64,000 bases of DNA from an uncultured delta proteobacterium (GTDB lineage Bacteria > Desulfobacterota > Binatia > UBA9968). The notes under the pieces were generated by a model. It worked only from the letters and a program-made list of their open reading frames with translations. It was not told the DNA's origin and searched no databases. Below, one piece after another: positions 49,669-60,267 of the stretch; within the stretch, counting starts at the first letter, position 1; the number at the start of each line of letters is the position of its first letter. The stretch lies in contig CAVYTU010000017.1 of assembly GCA_963771465.1 (NCBI GenBank), positions 768,001 to 832,000 of the forward strand, read 5' to 3'. Made by a program: the position numbers and the translations under genes.

Positions 49669-49791
49669 CCGACCGTTTGGTCGACGTCTTCGACGCTTTC
49701 GCCGGGTGGGTTCGCGGATTACCGCAATCCGTTGGGGAATGTTTGGCGAAAATCGCCTTTGTCCGGCGCCAAGGCGCGGCATAACAGTTGC
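49669..49791 (+). promoter_or_regulatory. Regulon promoter P9: tandem UAS + sigma54 -24/-12
   Basis: CCGACC-GTTT-GGTCGA (49669), TCGACG-CTTT-CGCCGG (49690), CGGCATAACAGTTGC (49777). Confidence 0.87.
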
Positions 49792-49835
49792 GCTGGAAAC
49801 GACCTAGTTTAAAACTTTAGTGGAGGAAAAAAGTT

Positions 49836-50723
49836 ATGAAAAGATTACGATCAGTTCTATCGCCGATGATTACGGCAGCGGGTATTGTCGCGCTGTCGGG
49901 TGTCGGCTTGGCTCAAACACCGAGTGATTCCCACCGTGCTGCGGCTGCCAGGGCGCATGAAATTATGTCCAGCGCGCCTTGCCCGCTACCCAGGGTCACC
50001 AAGGATAAAATAACCGAGGACCAAGCGCGGGATTTGGCCCAAGGTTTTGCGGACAAAAACATGACCGGCTTTAAAGTAGTGCGGCCGTCGGTTACGGCGG
50101 CGGCTACAACACGATGTGCTACCAGACAGTCAGCGGCGCTCCCGCACGGCCTCTGGTGTTATACTCGGTTGAGTATTCCATCGATCTAAAAAACCCAGCC
50201 GGTGAAACGCGCAATCTCTGCGTCGATCAGTACGGCACGACAAGCGAGTATTGCAGCGATTTCGGCTTCGCCGGAGCAAACGGCCCAGCTGGCCCCATGG
50301 GCCCAGCCGGCCCGATGGGTGCGCAAGGTCCAGCCGGACCAGCGGGCACGCAGACGGCGGCGGTAAAGAACTGGTCTTCGTTCAGGGATTTCCTGTTCGA
50401 TTTCGATAAGTCGGCGATTCGCTCTAACGAGACGAGCCATGTAACTGACATCGCGGCGCTACCTAAAGCAGAATCCGAGCGCCCGGGTGGGCATCGACGG
50501 CCACACCGATCCGCGCGGAACAGACGCTTACAATCAAGGCCTGAGTGAGCGTCGCGTCAACAACATTAGTGATGCGCTCGTTGCCGCTGGAGTGACGAAT
50601 GCTAGGATCCTTACCGGCGCTTTCGGTGAGTCGCGGCCCAAATGCAATGAATCCACTGAGCCTTGCTGGCAGCGCGACCGCCGCGTCGAGGTGCTGATCG
50701 GCACCGACACAGCGAGCAGATAA
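49836..50723 (+). CDS. Exported protein: Cys-containing N-domain + collagen-like linker + OmpA C-terminal domain (frameshifts near 50088 and 50459)
   Basis: Three ORFs join; GPAGPMGPAGPMGAQGPAGPAG; FDFDKS, GHTD, YNQGLSERR, RRVE. Confidence 0.8.
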
Positions 50724-50778
50724 CCGGCAAGATCGATCATTCTGGCTGAGCAACTCTTGCAGCCAGAGAGGTAAATCG

Positions 50779-50818
50779 ACAACGACCCCTGGGACCAACC
50801 GGCCCCGGGGGTCGTTGT
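50779..50818 (+). terminator. Stem-loop between OmpA gene and kinase gene
   Basis: ACAACGACCCC...GGGGTCGTTGT 11-bp inverted repeat, no U-tract. Confidence 0.45.
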
Positions 50819-50840
50819 GCGTCAGCTGCAAATCGTGCCT

Positions 50841-52586
50841 ATGATACTTGCATCCATGAAAAGAGTTTTCCTGCCACGCCACTTCCTTGCGTCTGGTTTG
50901 CTACTTCTCATCTTAGCGTCTCTCTATGTTCTCTTCGAAGCCCAGAGGCTCCAGCAAGACCTCTTGCGCCAGACTGAGGACAAGGGGACGGCATTGGCGA
51001 AGGCCATGGAGACCAGTGTTAAAAACGCTATTGTCGGCAACGCTCTATTGGAGGATTTGATCCGGCAGCGTTTGGTGGATAATGCCCAGCTGATCGATCA
51101 ACTGCTGCTCTCTCGTCATGTCGATCAGGCGATGCTTAACGAGATCAGTGCGATGAACCGCCTGCAAAAAATCGATCTTCTCGATGAGCAGGGCCGGCCC
51201 TGGAAACTCGCCGTACTGCCAACAGTGATAGCCCAGAAAAAAGCCCGAGAAGAAACTATTCAGCCGCAGCGCCCGACGATAAGCTACGCGTGGGGAAAGC
51301 GCTGGCGGTTGCCCACGGAAAAAGCCGACGACAAGACCAGCGAACCGCCGCCCCTCATCAAGGGTAAAGAATTCTGGAAAGGCAGTGCCTTCGGCGTCGC
51401 CGTGGGCGCGCGTAGTTTTCCGGGCATGATCGCGATCCACGCCAACGCCGACTATATTTTCAACTTCGAGAAAGCGATCGGAGTGCAAAGTCAGATCGAG
51501 GATCTCGGCCGCCAATCGGACAGTGAGTTTGTGTCTTTTCTCGATAGCGACCTTAACGTCGTAGCGCATACCGACCCGCGTCGTATCGGACAGCAGGAAA
51601 AAGAGCCGCTGGTTTTGAAAGCCAAAGTCGACCGTCAGCTTTTCACTCAGATCATCGACAGCGGCGGGGGTAAACGGTATCTTGAAGTGGTTAAGCCGGT
51701 GGCGCTCGACGAAGCCAATCTGGGATTCCTTAAGATAGGGTTGTCGCTCGGATCGATGGAAGTCGCCTGGCGCAACAGCCTGCGTGCCGTCGTTATTTTG
51801 GGAATCGCTATTTTAGCCGCGGGCATTCTGGGAATGGCGGCGATTTTCCATAACCAGCACTCGCATCTGCAAGAGGTCAAAGCCCTGGAGGCTGAAGTGT
51901 TACACAGAGAGCGTCTGTCAGCGCTCGGAAACCTGGCGGCGACCGTCGCCCATGAGGTGCGCAATCCGCTCAATGCTATTTCAATGGGACTGCAGCGTCT
52001 CAAGATGGAGTTTCAGCCCGCTGAGGATCGCGATCAATACTCTCACCTAACCGAGTTGTTGCTCGGGGAAGCGCGCCGCATCAACTCCATCGTCGAGCAA
52101 TTCCTTTCGCTGGCGCGTCCCATCGAGATCAAAGCCGAAGCGTTGCCGCTGCAAGAAATCCTAAAAGAGCTAGCCGCGTTACAAGAGAGCCACGCTAAAC
52201 AATCGAACGTGCGGATCCAAGTGATCACCGCGCCGAATCTGCCGCCGCTTACGGCCGACCCCAGTCATCTTACCCAAGTCTTGTTGAACCTCATGCTCAA
52301 TGGTTTGCAGGCGATGCCGCACGGCGGAACATTGACACTGGAGGCGAAAACGTCGAACGGCAATTTTCTCATCGCCGTGACTGATACCGGAAGCGGGATC
52401 GACGCGGAAAACCTGCGGCGAATTTTTGAGCCCTACTTCACGACCAAGACCAAGGGCACCGGTCTGGGGCTGGCGATCTCACGCAGGATTATCGAATCTC
52501 ACGGCGGAACGATTACTGTTAGCAGTGAAGTGGGCCAAGGGTCGCGCTTCGAGATTTCCTTGCCGCTCAACGGTGCGGAGGTGTAA
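50841..52586 (+). CDS. Membrane sensor histidine kinase (ZraS/AtoS-like, NtrB-class H-box)
   Basis: Two TMs, ERLSALGNLAATVAHEVRNPL, QVLLNL, FEPYFTTK, GTGLGL. Confidence 0.92.
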   Translation: MILASMKRVFLPRHFLASGLLLLILASLYVLFEAQRLQQDLLRQTEDKGTALAKAMETSVKNAIVGNALLEDLIRQRLVDNAQLIDQLLLSRHVDQAMLNEISAMNRLQKIDLLDEQGRPWKLAVLPTVIAQKKAREETIQPQRPTISYAWGKRWRLPTEKADDKTSEPPPLIKGKEFWKGSAFGVAVGARSFPGMIAIHANADYIFNFEKAIGVQSQIEDLGRQSDSEFVSFLDSDLNVVAHTDPRRIGQQEKEPLVLKAKVDRQLFTQIIDSGGGKRYLEVVKPVALDEANLGFLKIGLSLGSMEVAWRNSLRAVVILGIAILAAGILGMAAIFHNQHSHLQEVKALEAEVLHRERLSALGNLAATVAHEVRNPLNAISMGLQRLKMEFQPAEDRDQYSHLTELLLGEARRINSIVEQFLSLARPIEIKAEALPLQEILKELAALQESHAKQSNVRIQVITAPNLPPLTADPSHLTQVLLNLMLNGLQAMPHGGTLTLEAKTSNGNFLIAVTDTGSGIDAENLRRIFEPYFTTKTKGTGLGLAISRRIIESHGGTITVSSEVGQGSRFEISLPLNGAEV

Positions 52587-54010
52587 ATGCCCAATCGTTT
52601 TCATATTCTGGTAGTCGACGACGAACCGGTGCAGCGCGAGTTGGTTGGCGGCTTTCTCAAGAAACAAGGCTTTGAAGTGATGCTCGCCGATAGCGCTGAG
52701 AGAGCCTTGGAACTGTTTCGTCAGGACGTCTTCGATTTGGTTCTCACCGATCAAAAGATGGCTAACATGTCGGGCCTGGAACTTTTGCAGGCCGTGCACG
52801 CCATCAATCCTGAAACGCCGGTCATTTTGATTACCGCTTTCGGCACTGTCGAAACGGCCGTCGCCGCCCTCAAGCAAGGCGCTCTCGATTACCTGACCAA
52901 GCCGGTGAATTTGGAGGAGCTGCTTTACCGTATTCAACAGGTGAGCGATCACTATCGAATCATCAACGAGAATCGCGAGCTGCGCGAAGTCTTACAGGAA
53001 CGCCATCGCATCGAAGGAATCATCGGCGAGAGCGGGCCAGATGCTGGAAGTCCTTTCCTTGGTGCGCCGCGTGGCTCCGAGTGAAGCGACGGTGTTGATT
53101 CGCGGCGAGAGCGGCACGGGAAAAGAGCTGATTGCCCAAGCGATTCATTTTGCCAGCCCAAGAGCGCGCGGTCCGCTCGTCAAGGTCAACTGCGCGGCGC
53201 TTCCCGAAGCGCTTCTCGAATCGGAATTGTTCGGCCATGAAAAAGGCGCTTTTACCGGCGCGCATCACTTCGCGCCAAGGGCGTTTTGAGTTGGCCAATG
53301 GCGGAACTATATTTCTCGACGAAATCGGCGACCTTCCTTTGCACCTGCAGGCAAAACTCTTGCGCGTGCTGCAGGAGCGGGAATACGAGAAGGTCGGCTC
53401 CAGCCGTTCGGTCAAGGTCAACGTCAGAATTCTGGCTGCCAGCCACAGACCACTCGAGGATCTCATCAAAGCGGGACAGTTGCGGGAGGATCTCTACTAC
53501 CGGCTTAACGTCGTCACGATTCTCATTCCACCGCTGCGTGAGAGACGCTCGGATCTTTCGCTGCTGATCGATCACTTCCTGCGGCGCTTCGCAGCGAAGA
53601 ACGGCAAGACGATCCGCGGTCTAACCCATGAAGCGCGGGATATTCTTTTACGCTACGACTATCCGGGCAACGTGCGGGAGCTGGAAAATCTTATTGAGCG
53701 GGCCGTGGTTCTTACCCGAGACGAAGTCATCGGCAGCGGTGATTTACCTTTGACTGTCCATGACTCCGAGGCAGAGGACGAGCAAGGAACGAACCTAACG
53801 GTTGCGGTGGAAGCGCTGGAGCGCCGTATGATCAGGGACGCTCTGGCCCGATCCGATGGCGTCCAAACCCGCGCCGCGGAACTGCTCGGAATCAGTGAAC
53901 GGGCGCTGCGGTACAAACTAACTAAATACGGTTTTAGGGAGGAAGCTTCAGATCCTGATTCCGATCTTAAAGTTCAATCTCCAGGGGAAGATGCTGAACC
54001 ACACGATTAA
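52587..54010 (+). CDS. Sigma54-dependent NtrC-family response regulator (REC-AAA+-Fis HTH; frameshifts near 53034 and 53263)
   Basis: ILVVDDE receiver, [55 protein letters not shown] across three frames. Confidence 0.93.
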
Positions 54011-54539
54011 TTAATCAAACCTGAGGGCAACCCAATTTCTAAAACACCAGAAATCTGACAGGAATGTATGGGCAAGATTTAGTTCTGGATGGCAAACTAT
54101 GTTGAGCGCTACGATTGGTGCGCAGGAGATTTACCTCTTGACCTTGGGATTCTCCAAAAAAGTTGAGACTCATATTCACGCGCTGGCGCTTACGCTTTCC
54201 ATTACAACTCTTGCAAGATTCACGAGACTTTGAGAGTAACCCAGCGCTGACTACGATTTGTTCTTTACTCGCAAATGCAGTCACTTGATTTGTGGGCCGT
54301 TAAAGCTACTACCCCGGTGAGTTTTCCGATCTTCGGGATACGGTTCAAACTCTTTCAACCGTCCCGACCTGAATCAGCGTTTTAACTGCATCTGGTCAAA
54401 ATGAGCCGGTCATCGCCGCCAAGGAAGAGAGGCCATGGAGTTGGTAGGATTCTACTTCTACATAACGATAATTTCGGACAAATTGAACCAATGGGAGTGG
54501 AAAACCGTATCTAATCCAGAGTTTTTTAATCGAATCTCG

Positions 54540-54554
54540 TGGCATGGTGTTTGC
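54540..54554 (+). promoter_or_regulatory. Putative sigma54 -24/-12 promoter without the TCGAC UAS
   Basis: TGGCATGGTGTTTGC 71 nt before receiver-domain gene. Confidence 0.65.
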
Positions 54555-54624
54555 CATTTATAGAAAGAGTTGAAGCGACATTCGCCGTGAAAAGGGGACC
54601 AGATCATGTTAACGAGGTTAGCCA

Positions 54625-54984
54625 ATGATTCTATTCGTTGACGATAATGCAGAGAGCCGACAGGCGTTCGCCACGATCATTCAACTTCATGGACATGAGG
54701 TTATGGAAGCGGCTAACGCCACTGAAGCATTAAAAATTCTGGATAGCTTTCATTTGGAGCTTGTGATCACCGATTTCGTCATGCCCAATGTGAACGGCTT
54801 TCAGCTTACCGCGCACATTCGGCAAAAATGGCCAGATATGCCGATACTCTTGATGTCAGGACACCTTTCACCGGAGATGGCCGATATCATTTCCGGATGG
54901 AGTGGAGTGGAATTTATTCCCAAGCCTATAAATGCACCGGCGTTTCTAGCGACAGTTGATAGGCTCGCTGGTAAATCAAACTAA
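54625..54984 (+). CDS. Single-domain response regulator (CheY-like)
   Basis: ILFVDDN, ITDFVMP, LMSG, FIPKP. Confidence 0.88.
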   Translation: MILFVDDNAESRQAFATIIQLHGHEVMEAANATEALKILDSFHLELVITDFVMPNVNGFQLTAHIRQKWPDMPILLMSGHLSPEMADIISGWSGVEFIPKPINAPAFLATVDRLAGKSN

Positions 54985-55655
54985 ATATTCCCGAAGGATT
55001 TCCCGCGCCTCTTTTATCCTCTCGCAATCCGACGAAACTGCATGTCGCAAATGTTGATCAGCTATCCATTCAGTGAACTCTATCTGGGCGACAAGCCGTG
55101 GCTTAGCCATTGGCAGTTTTACATTCGTCTGCGTCAGTCGCCTCTAGCTCTAATTAGAGGTGTTACGAGGCGTTGATTGGGTTACTATATCGTTTGCTCT
55201 GGTGGCGCCGGGGCAATGAATTTATGACCCGGTTTCCTGATATCGCTGGAACTTGGCCGCGAGGCAACGGTAGCCGTAAGCTTTGCCTCGCAGGTTCGGA
55301 TCGCTGGGAAACCTAGAAAGTTCTTTCGTGAGCATGGTGAAGGAATCAGATTAGCGGCGCGAGTGGGCATCTTAGTGCGGAATGGTTGCAGGGTGCTCGT
55401 CTGTTGACAGTGGTGTTCGTGCTTTACTAATTTGGTGCCGTGGAAGTTACGATTCTGATGTCGTTGCCCGTCTTCGACGGCTTTATGGATAGGTGCGACA
55501 AGGACTCACGGGAATTTGCTATCCTCAAAAACGGCGTGAGCGCCGCACAGGGCCGCGGATATTTTCCATCAGTTCTTTAGATTGCTCACGATTGTCATCC
55601 ATGACGTGAGTTCCAATCTTACTGGACTAACAACAGTCATCCCTCGCGCTCAGCT

Positions 55656-57737
55656 TCAGTGCTTTGTTATCTGACCTGCCCGCTCGGAGAGGGATGCAAG
55701 CAAGTTCATGAGTTCGGCGTGGTCCACCGGCTTGACGATATGGCCGTTGAATCCGGCGTCGCGGGATTTTTGCCGGTCTTCATCCTGACCCCATCCCGTC
55801 ACGGCTATCAGCACCATGCTCTTACCCCATGACTGGTCTCGTATCTTGCGGGCCGCTTCGTAGCCGTTCAATTTCGGCAGGCCGATGTCGAGCAAGACCA
55901 CTTCTGGCTGGAACGTCGCCGCCGCTTCAACTGCCGCGACGCCGTCGTGGGCGGTGCATGTCTCGTTCCCGGTCATTTGCAACAATTTCGCCAGAGACAC
56001 TGCCGAGACCCGGTTGTCATCGACAACGAGGATGCGTCGGCTGGTCGTGGTCGTCGCTTCACCGGTAGTTGGCTCTGACAGCGACGGTTTCGACGTTTCG
56101 ATCACGATCGGCAGCCGCACGACGAACTCACTACCCTGTCCAAGTCCGGCACTCTGTACTTCCACGGTGCCGCCGTGCATCTCCGCCAAGGTCTTCACCA
56201 GCGTCAGGCCGATGCCCAGACCGCTCACCGAACGCTCCAGCGAAGTATCGACCTGCGCGAACATTTCAAAAATGTGGAGCAGCTGGTCGGCGGCGATGCC
56301 GATGCCGTTGTCCCGTACTCGGATAACGGCCTGCGCGCCTTCGCGCTCGACGGTCAACCCAACGCGACCGCCTTTGTCGGTAAACTTGCAGGCGTTATTG
56401 AGCAGATTGCCGACCAACTGAGTCAACCGGGCCGGGTCGGCGTTCAAGTAGATCGGTTGCGCCGGTAGCGTCACCGTCAGTACACGCTCCATGTTGTCGT
56501 AGTGCGGCTGGGCGGCGACGACAGCGTGATGGATACTGGAGGCCAGTTCGACCCGCCCCCGACGGAGTTCGATCTTGCCCCGGCTTATGCGGCTCACATC
56601 GAGCAGGTCGTCCACCAAGCGGACCAACTGGCCGACCTGGCCCTCGATCATGTCGGCCGCCGCTTGGATGTCCTTCGCTCTTTTCCGTGTGCCGCAGGAT
56701 TTGCACGACAGTTGCCAATTGGCGCCAGGGGATTGCGGAGTTCGTGGGCTAGCATCGCCAAGAACTCGTTCTTGTGGCGGTCGGACTCGGCCAACTCGGC
56801 GGCATGTCGTCGCAACGAAGTGGACAACCGCATGCGCTCGGAGATGTCTATACTATAGCAGACCACGCCGTATCGCCCATCGGGCAGGGAAATGCGATGG
56901 AGCTGCCAGTCGTAGTATTCAAACTTCTTGCGGTCAGCGCGTTCCTCGGAGAATTCAGGGGCGTGGTATGGCTCACCGGTTTCGAGGGTTTGCCGGAAAT
57001 GAGTCACGATCTCGTCGGCGGTTTTGGGCGACCACAGGATGTGCATGACCTCGACAAAGTCCCTACCGATCAACTCTCCGATGTCGCCAAAGGTCGGACG
57101 GGCCGTCCGGCTCACCATCCGGATGCGGAGGTCGGCGTCCACCAGGTACATGCCGACCGGAGAGGCGTCAAAGAGGGCCTCGAACCGAGTGTGGCTGTCG
57201 CGCAGCGCGGCTTCGGCGCGCTTGCGCTCGGTGATGTCGTAAAAGCAATTGATTGCTCCGGTGATTTCTCCTCGTTCGTTCTTCAGCGGACGGATATTGA
57301 CGATGACGGTAACCCGTGAGCCGTCGGGTCGCTCGATGATCACTTCCGCGTCACGTGCGCCATGCTATTTTGCCGCTCAACACCTCGGCCATGGGACACT
57401 GCTCGTGGGGCAGAAACTGCCGTCCGGACGTAACATCTTGAACGAGCCGCAAAACCGCTCGTCGGTATCTCCCAGCGCCGGGGCGCGGCCCCATAATTCC
57501 GCCGCGCGCCGGTTGAACTCCTGGATCACGCCCGAGGCATCGCAGGAATAGATGGCCACCGGACCCAAGTCGAACAAGATGCGATAGCGTTCTTTGGTCT
57601 CGCGCAGCGCAGCCTCGGACATTCTTGAGCCTGCTCGGTCAACTCGTGCTGGTGGACCGAGGAGACCAGCAGCGCCTCGTTCATATCGCGCAGTTGCTGT
57701 TCCGTTGTCATTGGGGGGGCGTGGCGGTGCTTTTCAT
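55656..57737 (-). CDS. Cytoplasmic hybrid PAS-PAS-HisKA-HATPase-REC kinase (several frameshifts)
   Basis: PAS/PAC segments, LAHELRNPLAP, NLLNNACKFT, GLGIGL, RILVVDDN, DIGLP across ORF fragments. Confidence 0.85.
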
Positions 57738-59334
57738 TTCGTTTTTCCTCCGGGCTTTTCAATCTTGCGCGGGCGGCGCCGAGAATTTTTCCGGGCAGGC
57801 CGGTCGGTTTTCGCGTCGGGAACATTCTTCCCTGACTCCAACGACCACGGGCCGGGGATGCCGCTGGTCAGGGCGCGGTAGCCGCGCATCGGCTCGCCGA
57901 TGACCAGGCCCTTGGCGGTGACCTCGTAGGCGCACATGTCGATCGAGTGCTGGCTGCGGCGCATCTTCACCACCATCAGCATCTTGCGCAATTGGCCGTT
58001 GATCGAGACGTAGCGCAGGCGCACGATGTCGTCGGCGAGGAACGAGACGGTGAAGTTGCTCAGGCCCATCGAGGTGAAGTTCTCCTCGACCTCGACGGTG
58101 CTGACGATGGTCACGCCCAGCCGGGTGAGCGCCGCCGATCATCCGGTAAAGCGATTCGCGAAAATCGGTGCGGAAGCCGGGGGCCAGCGCCATCTCGAAG
58201 CCGACCAGCGAGTCGATGACCAGCCGCTTGCAGCCGATTTCTTTGACCGCGTTGACGATCTCGTGCACCGTCTCATCCACGGAGAGGTCCAGCGGCCGCA
58301 GGTAGATGAGCTTGAGCGTGCCGTCTTTCGGGGTCTTGTCGAAGTCGAAGCCGAACATGGCGGCCCGCTGCATGTACTCGGCGGGCAGCTCCTCGAAGAT
58401 GGCGACGATGCCCGGCTCGCCGCTGCCGCAGACCCTCGGCGATGAACTGGATGCCGAGCATGGACTTGCCCGATCCGGAGGGTCCGGCCACGAGCAGGCT
58501 GTCGCCTTCGGGGATGCCGCCGCCCATGCATCGCGTCGAGTTCGCGGATGCCGGTGGAAAGACGCCGCCGGCCCTTGACGTGGTCTGATTTGTTCGGTGA
58601 GGCCGAAGGTGCGCGGGAAGGTTTGCAGGCCATGCGTCGGTGATGCGGAAGGTGTGCAGGCCGGGCACGGACTCCTGGCCGCGCAGCTTCATGACCTGCA
58701 GCTTGCGCACGATCGAGTTGCGCTCGACGCTCTGGTAGAGCCAGAACAGCCCGTCGGCCACGGTGAAGACCGGGTTGTCGCGCAGCTCGCCTTCGACGTA
58801 CTCGCCGATCAGGAACGTGGTGGCCTGCCAACTGGTCAGGTGCAGCGCCAGGCGCTGGACGAAGCCCTGGAGCTCCATTTCGCTCGCGTCTGGTTCGAGC
58901 GCCTTGCGCACCACGGTGCGGAACGAATCCACCACGACGATCTCGCGCTTGGACGCCTCGACCTCCTTGATGATCGCATCGAGGACCGCGCCGAGGTCCT
59001 GTTCCAGAACGATCTGGCTGAGGTTGACGAAGCGGATCGCTCGCCGTCCATCTTGGCGTGGTCGAAGAACGTGAACTGCTGCTGGTAGCGCAGCATCTTG
59101 ATGGCCGGCTCGCCCAGCACGGTGAAGTACAGCGCCGGCCGCTCTGGGGTGGCGTTGGCGAACATGATCTGATGCGCCAGCGTGGTCTTGCCGCATCCGG
59201 GAGCGCCGGCGATGATGTTGAAGGAGTACTCGGGCAGGCCGCCGCCGAGGATCTCATCGAGGCCCGGCACGCCGGTGGGCAGTTGCCGAATGATCACTCG
59301 ACCTTGTCGCTTGATCTTGTTCTGGCGTGCTCAT
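57734..59334 (-). CDS. KaiC/RAD55-like double-domain ATPase (several frameshifts)
   Basis: TGVPGLDEILGGG, GAPGCGKT, VVVDS, VMKLRG, GPSGSGKS, LVIDS, VVKMRRSQH. Confidence 0.85.
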
Positions 59335-59770
59335 GAAGTAGCCTCGATTCTCTTAATGTTATTCGTCCAACGATGCGTCGGGCCAAGCCTCGCGCACCAA
59401 GCGCAGCGTGAGGGGTTCGCCGATGAAAGTCACCAGCAGCCCGAGCAGATGGGCGATGATCGCGACTGCCGCCTCGGGTCCAGCGTTCGTCGCATCAGCT
59501 GCGAGCAGTTCAAGTCCTTCCACGGAGCAGTCGGGCTTGAGCTTGACGGTTGCAGCGAAGGGACTTCCGCGCGGGCCAGAGCCAGCGCCCGCCGCAGGAG
59601 CGACGTGAAGCCGTCTGCGCCGGCGAATCGCGTCAGCGAGATGCGCAGCTTCTCACAGACCCGCACCGCTGCTTCATGCACGTGCGACCGGTGGCGCTCT
59701 GGCTCGCTGCTTCCACAGCCAGCAATCGCCGGGCCAGGTCTCTCATCGATGTAGATGACCCATCCATCAT
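59331..59770 (-). CDS. Conserved hypothetical partner upstream of KaiC-like ATPase (frameshifted)
   Basis: MRDLARRLLAVEA, VCEKLRISLTRFAGADGFTSLLRRAL, LLVTFIGEPLTLRLVREAWP across frames; stop overlaps ATPase start. Confidence 0.7.
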
Positions 59771-59990
59771 CCAATGGTGTATCAAATCGATTCAAACATT
59801 GCGATTCTTTTAATGGTCAGAAATCGGACACATTTGTATCCGTCTCAGATCGCGAGAACGGACTGAACCGCTTCGACAACCAGAAGCAGAAGGGCTGAAT
59901 CCTAAAAAATAGAAATGTCAGCTTTCTGACAGCTTCGTGTCCCAATTCTGATATAAACGGCAGACATCTTGATGCGGCACAGAGAACTTA

Positions 59991-60242
59991 ATGCAACTAA
60001 AGGACCTTCCTGACTGGTCTAAACGTTTTGGGTCACTTGAGCTTTCCGATTCCATCGTTTTAAGAAGTGCAGAATCTTCGCCGTTGGGCCACTTCGCAAT
60101 GCTTGTTATTGAATCCAAAGGAGTCCAGACACTTACATTACTCGAGGTGGGTTCCGGTAATATTAAAAAAGTTCTTTCCGTGCTTAAGGTTCATATTGGA
60201 CGACCCCTCCATGAAATCGCGCAACTCGAAATAGGCGTCTAA
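59991..60242 (+). CDS. Hypothetical protein (83 aa)
   Basis: Uninterrupted ORF directly upstream of Crp gene. Confidence 0.45.
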   Translation: MQLKDLPDWSKRFGSLELSDSIVLRSAESSPLGHFAMLVIESKGVQTLTLLEVGSGNIKKVLSVLKVHIGRPLHEIAQLEIGV

Positions 60243-60267
60243 TTAGATAATCAGGGACATCATACTT

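Noticed and set aside
21279-49791. Recurrent TCGACC-N4-GGTCGA palindromes as CRISPR repeats, REP elements, attC sites or terminators
   Set aside because: Dispersed kb apart with no spacer periodicity, no cas, integrase or transposase genes, only a 6-bp stem, and always at a fixed distance upstream of a sigma54 motif.
52587-54010. Programmed frameshifting in the activator or other split genes
   Set aside because: No slippery heptamers at the junctions, and the indels affect many unrelated genes.
54039-55650. ORFs or ncRNA in AT-richer spacers flanking the lone receiver gene
   Set aside because: No recognisable protein or RNA signature.
57734-59334. Circadian clock kaiC
   Set aside because: No kaiA/kaiB; context is the ATPase-plus-kinase signalling type.
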